A stretch of DNA of 64,000 nt. Source: Methanofastidiosum sp. GTDB taxonomy: Archaea > Methanobacteriota_B > Thermococci > Methanofastidiosales > Methanofastidiosaceae. The translations under genes and the position numbers were made by a program. Positions 57,160 through 64,000 of this stretch are shown one piece after another; position 1 is the first letter of the stretch, and the number at the start of each line of letters is the position of its first letter. The DNA lies in contig JBAYOH010000001.1 of the NCBI GenBank assembly GCA_041678455.1, positions 7,387-71,386 of the forward strand, read 5' to 3'. The notes beneath the pieces are model-generated. The model was not told where the DNA came from and ran no database searches. It saw only the letters and a list, made by a program, of their open reading frames with translations.

Positions 57160-59578
57160 ACCCTCATTAATACGATGTCCCTAATATGCTCCTCCTTCTT
57201 GCCTTTGAACGCATCAAAGACTTCCCGCCTTTCCTTGCCTTTTGAGTTTTTATATACTACAAGCCAGTAAGGGAGATAAACCTCCTCAGTTCTCCAGATC
57301 TTAGCTTGCCCTAGAGTTTCAATCCCCCTAGACACGTCATTTTTTGAAATAAGCGATTCAATTACCCGGCCTGTTATCTCCTTGCTCTTAAGAGAAAGAT
57401 CCAGTTTTTTAAGTTTTTTATCTTCAAATCCCTTGACCAATTTAAATTTAATCTTTGGTTTGGCACTTAGATTGATGCCATCCTGTTTATACTCTAAAAG
57501 TCCTTTTGCTTTAAGAGACGATATCAAAGAATGGGTCTTTCTAGGGGTGAGCCCCGTTTCTTTTTTTATTTCTGAAATTGTTGGATTTTCTCTATCAATT
57601 AAGTAATTTAAAAACCATTTCTCATCAGGTTTAAGCTTATAAATTTCTGTAAATCCTACCGTCCTTGAAATCTTTCCATCCCAGATGACAAGCTCTCCAG
57701 TAATGCCGTCAAAGAAGCACGACATGCTCTTGTAATTGCCTTTCTTTGGCATATAATCAAAAAAGACCATGACAAGCGGATAGTAAATAGGAACTACTTC
57801 CTTTATCTCCTCTGACCTCAAGGATATTTTTTTTCTGTTTTTAATTGCGATCTCTTTCATCGCTTCATAGTGAATTTCAGAGGATATCACAGGCGCTATA
57901 TTTATACCCTTAAATGATGCTTCCCCAATCCTATCATATTTAGTTTCAAACTCATCGATAATTTCAACTTCTTCAAGAGGATCTTCTTCCTCATCAATCA
58001 TTGGTATGCCAATTGCAACTGGCTTTTGTTGGGGTATTGGCTTTACTTCCTCTAATATATCAAACTCGCCATCTAGTCTTAACTCTTCTATAATATCTTC
58101 AAATGAGAGCTTGAGTTTATACTCCTCATTTGCTATGTTTACAACTTCCTCCATCTCAGCAAGCGGCCTCTTCTGCCGATATTTTTCTATTATGAGATTC
58201 TTAACATTTTTCTTCATGAGCTCTGGATCAATATCAAGCATGGGCTGCCTTTCTCTCCCCTCATGCTGACTTATCCTCGGCCTTATTGAGATTAAAAAAG
58301 CCCTGGATGTAGACTCCTCCTTGTCACCGATGATGGCACTTCCGATAGGAAGTGACCTTACGAATCTAAAATCAGAAAGTTTATTTGGGATCTCAGATGG
58401 CATCCTCTGGAGAACCGCCTTGATATCGTCCTGATAGACTAATTTATGGCATATTAGTAAATCAACTTGGGATAATATCCTTGAATCAATTGCCGAGGGT
58501 TGCTGTGTTGCAAGGACTATCGAACATCCAGGCTGCCTGCCTTGCCTTACATATTCTATTAGGCTATCTGTTGCTGCTGTGGCCTTTCCCCCTCTTGGCA
58601 CAAGTATGTGGGCCTCATCTATCATAAGCCACGTCACAGGTACATTCCCAATGATATTAATGTCACCCATAGCTTCCTGCCTTGAGATGACTTTCCTAGT
58701 GTTCAGGATATTTCTTGAAAGGAGCCCAACTACAAGCGCCCTGACATTATCCTCTAAAAAGCTCACATCAATGACAGAAACTTGGCCCCGTTTAGATAGG
58801 TCGTTTAGCTTTGTTCCTTTTTTATCAAATATGCCCCACTGTATTGCTCCTGTGAGCCTTGCATTTAGCGCCCTTCTGGTGTTTTCTTTAAATCCTCCCT
58901 CCCGGGAAGATATGCTCTCTTCATTTTCAATTGTCTTCACCATGTCCTCAATGTCGTAATCATCGCCAAGCCCTACTATATGTTTTTCATCGATGGTAGT
59001 GTAGCCTGTTTTTGTTTTTTCAATGACACGCTCAATTAATAGGCCCATTGTGTCAAATCGTTCAATATCAAAGGTAAGGCACCAATCTTCAACTCTTAGT
59101 TCCGAAGGTTTAATCTTGAAAACATCATCCCATGTTTCTTTAGGTGCCTTGTGGATGTAACCCTTTGGAATAAAGACTTTAACATTTTTAATACCTGTAG
59201 GTTTTAATCCCCAGCGCTCAAGTATCTCACCTTCGTTGGCCATCTTGTTCTTTTGCTTCATGCTCCAGAATATCCCCATTGGGTCAATTATCAGAATCCC
59301 AACGCCATCATTTTTCATGGCCATCTCTTCTACGATAACCCCAAGAGTATAGGATTTGCCGCTCCCCCTCATCCCGCAGATGAATATTGCGTGGGGACTT
59401 ATACTATCAAGAAGTACCTTCTTGTTGAAATAGTCTGGTAACTGCTTACCTGTCTCATTAACCTTACCGATATATAGGGCAGCCTTGCTCTTATACTTCT
59501 CAAAGATGCTTTTTTTTCTGCCGACATATGCCCCTTCTTCATCGGAAAGGAGTTTCAATTTTTCCTCAATATCGATCA
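57156..59578 (-). CDS. HerA/FtsK-superfamily (DUF87-type) ATPase fused to a C-terminal ~330-aa region containing a winged helix
   Basis: Walker A GMRGSGKS, Walker B MIDEAHILVP, HerA-type LATQQPS..HKL motif, C-terminal wHTH TISEIKKETGLTPRKTHSLISSLKAKGLL. Start placed at ATG 59578 (MIDIEEK); the track start at 59663 would overlap the divergent TGT gene. Confidence 0.7.
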
Positions 59579-59630
59579 TGTTCACTAAAAAGATATAAAA
59601 AGCCCTATAATTAAAACCTTTTCGGATTAA
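59579..59630. promoter_or_regulatory. Short bidirectional promoter region between the HerA-like ATPase and the TGT-family gene. TATA-like TTTATATC / CCTATAATTAAAA about 25-35 nt upstream of the leaderless-looking TGT ATG.
   Basis: Read directly from the sequence. No SD sits in front of 59631. Confidence 0.3.
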
Positions 59631-60680
59631 ATGGACGCAATTTCTAGGATTAAGACGGCTCACGGAGACATCAGAACGCCTGCACTTCTGCCGGTGTGTG
59701 CACTGACATATGGCGTATGGGACATTTTTATTGAAGAGCGAGTCGCCCCACCTTGGAAGCTTTCAGAGGGCAGTCTTTTCTCATTAGAGTACGTGAGAAA
59801 CACAAAATATGAAGAAAAGGTCAAAGATGGTTTTCACAGACTTTTTTCAGAAAAAAAGCCAATATTTGTTGATTCAGGAGGATTCCAATCGATGAAAAAA
59901 GGGATTGATAGGGATCCTATTGATGTGCTTAGATTTCAGGAAAAGCTTGAGGCCGATGTTGCTGCGACCTTTGATTATCCCGTGGCTTTGAATGTTGAAA
60001 GATCCGACTACATGGTAATGCTTCAAAAAAGTATTGACAGCGCCAATTTAGCTCTTGAGAATAAAGAGAAAAAAGAGATGCTCCTATTCTCTTGCGTTCA
60101 CGGATTTTCAAAAAAAGAGATAGACTGGTATTTTTCAAAACTTGACAGCGGTTTTGATGGGTATGCTATGGGCTCCCTTGTCCCCCGAAAAAATGACTTT
60201 AAGACCCTTATTGAGTTAATCCATAGTGCAAAAATGCACGCGCATGAGAGGGAAAAGCCCCTCCATGTATTTGGAGTTACAGGATTTCCGATGCTATATG
60301 CATTGAGCTTTATGGGTGTTGAGACAATGGATTCTTGGACATATCTTGTGGCATCAATCTATAAGGAATACATACACCCACAAACTTTGAAAAGGGTCAG
60401 GATGAGAAAAACAGGGAGCATCCCAGAATGTGATTGTTTTATCTGCAAGGAGTTAGGGATGGAAGATTTTCTTGGGGCGACAAGTGTTCCACAGGCTTAT
60501 CTTGCAATTCATAATTTGAATATATTCATGCGTGAAATGAAACTGATAAAAGAACATATGGATGAGAACAGCTTTGAAGAGTTAGTTGAGCAGAAGAGTA
60601 AATACAACACGAGAATAAAAAAGGTATATGAGTATGCAAAAGACCATATGAAAAAGAATGCCCTAAAGAGCGGTATATAA
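59631..60680 (+). CDS. tRNA-guanine transglycosylase (TGT/queuine tRNA-ribosyltransferase) family catalytic domain protein, 349 aa, lacking the C-terminal PUA-type domains of canonical archaeosine TGT
   Basis: Motifs RTPALLPV, FVDSGGFQ, FGVTGFP.., TMDSW and Zn-site CDCFIC...H. Sits in an accessory-looking context beside the HerA-like ATPase. Confidence 0.75.
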   Translation: MDAISRIKTAHGDIRTPALLPVCALTYGVWDIFIEERVAPPWKLSEGSLFSLEYVRNTKYEEKVKDGFHRLFSEKKPIFVDSGGFQSMKKGIDRDPIDVLRFQEKLEADVAATFDYPVALNVERSDYMVMLQKSIDSANLALENKEKKEMLLFSCVHGFSKKEIDWYFSKLDSGFDGYAMGSLVPRKNDFKTLIELIHSAKMHAHEREKPLHVFGVTGFPMLYALSFMGVETMDSWTYLVASIYKEYIHPQTLKRVRMRKTGSIPECDCFICKELGMEDFLGATSVPQAYLAIHNLNIFMREMKLIKEHMDENSFEELVEQKSKYNTRIKKVYEYAKDHMKKNALKSGI

Positions 60681-61098
60681 TATCTGAAAATATATATTTT
60701 GAAGTAGGGTATGGTAATTAAATTTAAATAATAGTCCAAATATATCTATAATATTCTAATTTACTTATTATTGATTTGAAAGTAGGTACCCCCATGGAAG
60801 CGGAAGAGCTCAAGAACATTGTAAAAAAGACCATTTAGAGATATGGAGGCGAAGTTTCATTTGAAGATAATGCTCCCAAAGAGGCTACTTTCATTTTGAA
60901 ATTGAAAAATTCTTTATAGCGTTAATCACTTGATGCCCAGAATAACTAAACATAACGCTCTCTCTTTTTTTAATGATATTAATTTTTGTCATCATCAAAG
61001 ACAGTCTTTATACCCATCTAATAGAGATTTGCAATATAGTCCAATATAATTTCATACTACATTGTTCCTATAAAGAATATCATATCATTGGATATTTT

Positions 61099-61158
61099 GA
61101 AAAGAAAAAAAATCTCCGGCAAGATTATTTTCTGGGGCATATAGGATTTGTCTTGCCG
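61099..61158 (-). terminator. Hairpin (8-bp stem CGGCAAGA/TCTTGCCG, 26-nt loop) followed on the minus strand by a T9-rich tract, about 30 nt downstream of the 91-aa gene
   Basis: Read directly from the sequence: stems at 61117..61124 and 61151..61158, then the tract ATTTTTTTTCTTTTC on the minus strand. Confidence 0.35.
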
Positions 61159-61188
61159 AAGATAAAAACGGAGGTTTGACGCAGCATC

Positions 61189-61464
61189 TCATATTATTTG
61201 GGGTTGCTTTTGCATAAAAGTGAATACCCTTCTCTTCAGACTGATATACTCTCTTAAAACTTTATTTCGAAGATGAGGGTCATAATTTTGTGTTTTAATG
61301 CTGTTGCTAATTTCACAATAAATTGAATCAAGCTCATCTTTGAATTCTGAGACTTCAAGCCCATCAGATTCAAGTATTCCCAACGAATTTTTTAATATAT
61401 TAATCTTATATATTATATCTCCAAAATAGTTATATTTTTCATGCATTCTATCATCCCTGTCCAA
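61189..61464 (-). CDS. Small helical hypothetical protein, paralog A of an uncharacterised ~90-aa family
   Basis: 91 aa. Aligns with the 95-aa ORF at 62286..62573 (LESDGLEVSEFKDEL..I.....ND..L..KV..EIS vs LEDQGVDVSALKKEL..I.....ND..L..KI..EIS). Confidence 0.4.
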   Translation of the reverse strand: MDRDDRMHEKYNYFGDIIYKINILKNSLGILESDGLEVSEFKDELDSIYCEISNSIKTQNYDPHLRNKVLREYISLKRRVFTFMQKQPQII

Positions 61465-61617
61465 TGTATCTTCTAACGATGTTGGGCGATATAGGGATTT
61501 TGTAACATTGTCACGAGAGATTAGCCCAAATTTGTAGGAACAAAGGTATATAATCTATATAAATAAGATATTACTGATCTATTATAGTTATATTTTACAA
61601 CCTTTCTAGGTAATCCC

Positions 61618-61908
61618 ATGAATACAGAGTATAGAACTAGCAATGTCATAATCCTAAATATATTGGAATGCGTACTCAAAAAAAGTTCCTGTAATAATGA
61701 CGTACTAAAATCCCATATACTCCAATACGCAAACATGAAGACCACCATGGCCGAGAGGTATCTTACTGCTCTGGAGGATGCTGGATACCTAACAAAGGAG
61801 GAAAAGGACTGGGGAAAAAGAAAAGTAATCTGTTATAGGGCCACTGAGAAAGGTATTGAAAGGTACAAGTGGTTTTGTAAAATTAATGAAGAGCTTGGAG
61901 GAATGTAA
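61618..61908 (+). CDS. Small archaeal winged-helix DNA-binding protein
   Basis: 96 aa. ILNILECVLKK...ILQYANMKTTMAERYLTALEDAGYLTKEE..YRATEKG is an HTH_45-like wHTH. Confidence 0.55.
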   Translation: MNTEYRTSNVIILNILECVLKKSSCNNDVLKSHILQYANMKTTMAERYLTALEDAGYLTKEEKDWGKRKVICYRATEKGIERYKWFCKINEELGGM

Positions 61909-62289
61909 ATGGAAGAAAGTTTTACTAATCTTCTCTATGGACTTATTGATTATATGGAAAAAGAGAAGAAAAAATTATACCTAGCAGTAGTATTCACATT
62001 GATAATAGCACCGATTGGATTGTTAGTAAACATTGGAGCTTATTTGTCCATGAAATATCATATAAGAGTATTGATAGAAATAATGCATATTTTCGATTTT
62101 GGCCCTCGGGGATCACCACCATTTTTCGTAATCCTAAACTTCATCCTTTCAATAGTAATAATCTATGTCGGAGCAAAAATCCTTATTTTCTTAAGGCGTT
62201 GGGAATATAAATTGGAGAATATCAAAGAATTTGAGAAACAAACATTTGAAGATGTTATGAAGGGTGAGTATATTGAAGACGAAGATTAA
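61909..62289 (+). CDS. Two-TM membrane protein, translationally coupled to the wHTH gene
   Basis: 126 aa. Its start overlaps the previous stop (TAAATG). Two hydrophobic helices and an acidic C-terminus. Confidence 0.45.
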   Translation: MEESFTNLLYGLIDYMEKEKKKLYLAVVFTLIIAPIGLLVNIGAYLSMKYHIRVLIEIMHIFDFGPRGSPPFFVILNFILSIVIIYVGAKILIFLRRWEYKLENIKEFEKQTFEDVMKGEYIEDED

Positions 62290-62573
62290 GATTTATGGAT
62301 TTCGTATTTTATTATATCGTCAATCTGAGTTTTTATGGAGTCTATAATCTTCTTCCTTAAAAAAAGACAATCTGTAGAGATCTCTTTTCTAATCTTTGGG
62401 AGTATTTCGTCGTTACATTCATCTTTATACTGTTCTATCTTAAGAGAGATATGATTCAGTTCTTTTTTTAGAGCTGAAACGTCAACTCCCTGATCCTCTA
62501 GCTTCTTTATTGATAATTTAAATTGAGAAAAGGTGTCCAATATCTCATCTAAACCGGAATTTTTAACTTCCAT
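62286..62573 (-). CDS. Small helical hypothetical protein, paralog B, immediately downstream of the FtsX-type permease gene
   Basis: 95 aa. Homologous to the 91-aa ORF at 61189..61464. Its start is 3 nt after the permease stop. Confidence 0.45.
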   Translation of the reverse strand: MEVKNSGLDEILDTFSQFKLSIKKLEDQGVDVSALKKELNHISLKIEQYKDECNDEILPKIRKEISTDCLFLRKKIIDSIKTQIDDIIKYEIHKS

Positions 62574-62575
62574 AT

Positions 62576-63990
62576 CTACTCATACCTTAATACACTAAGT
62601 GGCCTAATTTTAACAATATTATATGCTGGTATAATAGATGCAAAGACAGATATCAATACAGACAATCCCATTAATTCCACCATGAATATAAAACTTATCA
62701 TTGAGTTATTAAGCCCCAAAAACATGGACATCAGCTGTGAAGCAAGATAAAGAATCAAAAGTGAAGTAAACCCACCTATAATGCCTATAGAAATATTCTC
62801 TATGGCGATATTCTTTAAAACGCTCCTATTCCTTGCCCCGATTGCTTTCATGATGGCAAACTCTCGTTTTCTATCAAGTGTTGAGATATACATCATGTTA
62901 GCTATGACAATGACAGCTACAAAAAGAGAAAATGATGCAATTATTGATATGGGCATCAGGACTTGATCGATAATTCTTGTCACCATTTCCTGAAGTTGTG
63001 ATGCTCCAAATATTCTATAGTCTGGAAACATTGACTGAAATTTTTTTAACGTAATTTCTTCGTACCCTGTTTCTGCGTCAACGGCAAGTGTGTAGGTATA
63101 GATCCCTGAGAAATTGTCCTTTAACGCCCTATATGGGGTAATGATCTGGGCCTCAAGATTAAATGGGCCATTTTGAATATCCCTGACCTCAAATTTCTTT
63201 GATCTATCATTTAGCTCCAATGTCAAAGTATCCCCAACCTTTAATCCATTAGAGTTTGAGAGTGACCTTGAGATTATCACGCCGTCCTCATCATAAATTG
63301 AAAAATAGGTGTTTTCAAGCCCATTTCCCACGATATTTACAATAACGGCTGAACTTGATACTTGCTGGCCATTTACGCTGATGATGTTAAACTCCTGATT
63401 TTTAGAAGTTTTTCTTATTTTTTCAATTGTTTCGTATGATGCCATAAGCCCAAGATTTGTTGAACCCCCACCTCCTGGACCGAAAGTTGATGTCTGTGAA
63501 TATAACCCAACGACCGTCATCTCGATTGGATAATCTTCATATGTAAAAATGATCTTGTCCTCAACTTTTATATCGAAGTAGGCTGCGCCTCTTGAAGTCA
63601 TAATAACATTGTTTTTTCCAATATCCTCTGTCCCAAGAAGCCTTCCTGAGGCGATCTGTTGATTTACCACATCATTTCCAATATTCAGCCCCGATATAGA
63701 AACACCAGACATAAATCTATTTTCAACAAAATCCCTATCGTCATCAGACATACGATAAAGATAATTACTAATTGGACGCCCATTAATACTCTGGATATAG
63801 CAGTCAGAGATGCTTATGGAATACCTGTAAAGATTGGATATACCCTCTGTTAGTAAGATTCTTTCTTCTACCTGCTTTATGGAAGACTCTGGGATTGACA
63901 TAATCTGCATATCATAGTTCAAATTGCTTGAAAGACTTTCACTGACAGTAGTTTTAACGCCTTCACCTGCCATAAGCACCGCCCCAACTG
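62576..63990 (-). CDS. ABC transporter permease of the FtsX/MacB family, 5'-partial; the N-terminus lies beyond the window end
   Basis: Large extracytoplasmic domain followed by the C-terminal 4-TM FtsX module (FAIMKAIGARNRSVLKNIAIE...). The frame stays open to the window edge (..GLGTVGAVLMAGEGV). Confidence 0.75.
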
Positions 63991-64000
63991 TTCCAAGGCC

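Noticed and set aside
59579-59663. Track start of the HerA-like ATPase at 59663 (MSRLNPRNC...)
   Set aside because: It would overlap the divergent TGT gene's 5' end by 33 nt. The internal ATG at 59578 (MIDIEEK) gives a normal divergent-promoter geometry.
60785-60811. GC-rich 27-mer GGTACCCCCATGGAAGCGGAAGAGCTC containing KpnI, NcoI and SacI sites in an otherwise very AT-rich non-coding stretch
   Set aside because: It looks linker-like, but the order does not match common vector polylinkers. Most likely coincidence or a relic of a short ORF (MEAEELKNIVKKTI).
60973-61179. 68-aa plus-strand ORF
   Set aside because: Isoleucine/tyrosine-rich translation of AT-rich DNA; it overlaps the hairpin/T-tract that better explains this sequence as a terminator for the minus-strand gene.
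1-64000. Search for CRISPR arrays, rRNA, tRNA and large tandem repeats
   Set aside because: By eye I found no regularly spaced direct repeats, no GC-rich cloverleaf-sized islands and no rRNA-like blocks; none can be supported.

Overview
This is a compact, low-GC archaeal chromosome segment with Shine-Dalgarno-led, often overlapping genes and T-rich terminators. Marker genes (archaeal AlaRS/GlyRS, thiolase-HMGCS-DUF35 mevalonate operon, archaemetzincin, archaeal Pilin_N motif) point to an archaeon of uncertain lineage. Bases 1-20.8 kb are a corrinoid island: de novo cbiT-E-D-C, a GATase-less cobQ paralog, cbiP carrying an N-terminal Cys-rich domain, and cbiA; divergent cobA and cobT; then a nine-gene minus-strand operon joining an ECF transporter (ecfT, fused ecfA-A', S component) to cobD, cbiB, a cbiZ-cobZ fusion, cobS and cobY; then a DUF4430 B12-binding surface protein and a 975-aa Cys-rich glycoprotein. 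The middle carries housekeeping genes: glyS, alaS, pepQ, an NFACT/Rqc2 homolog, pycB, cofE-like, znuBC-like, tmk, rpiA, AMP phosphorylase and nfo. A lipid block follows: Tes-like radical SAM, four-subunit 2-oxoacid:ferredoxin oxidoreductase, HMGR and thiolase/HMGCS/DUF35. The 3' end looks accessory: a HerA/FtsK-like ATPase with a wHTH tail, co-operonic with a 507-aa unknown protein and divergent from a short TGT-family transglycosylase; then AT-rich non-coding DNA, paralogous small proteins and an FtsX-type permease running off the window. I found no rRNA, tRNA or CRISPR array. Main leads: (1) the TGT/HerA-like module; (2) paired GGATGG-N5-CCATCC operators in the ECF/DUF4430 divergent promoter; (3) two conserved genes whose natural N-termini start at CTG with good SD spacing; (4) two decayed pseudogenes; (5) a wHTH-JAMM-AsnB-like operon.
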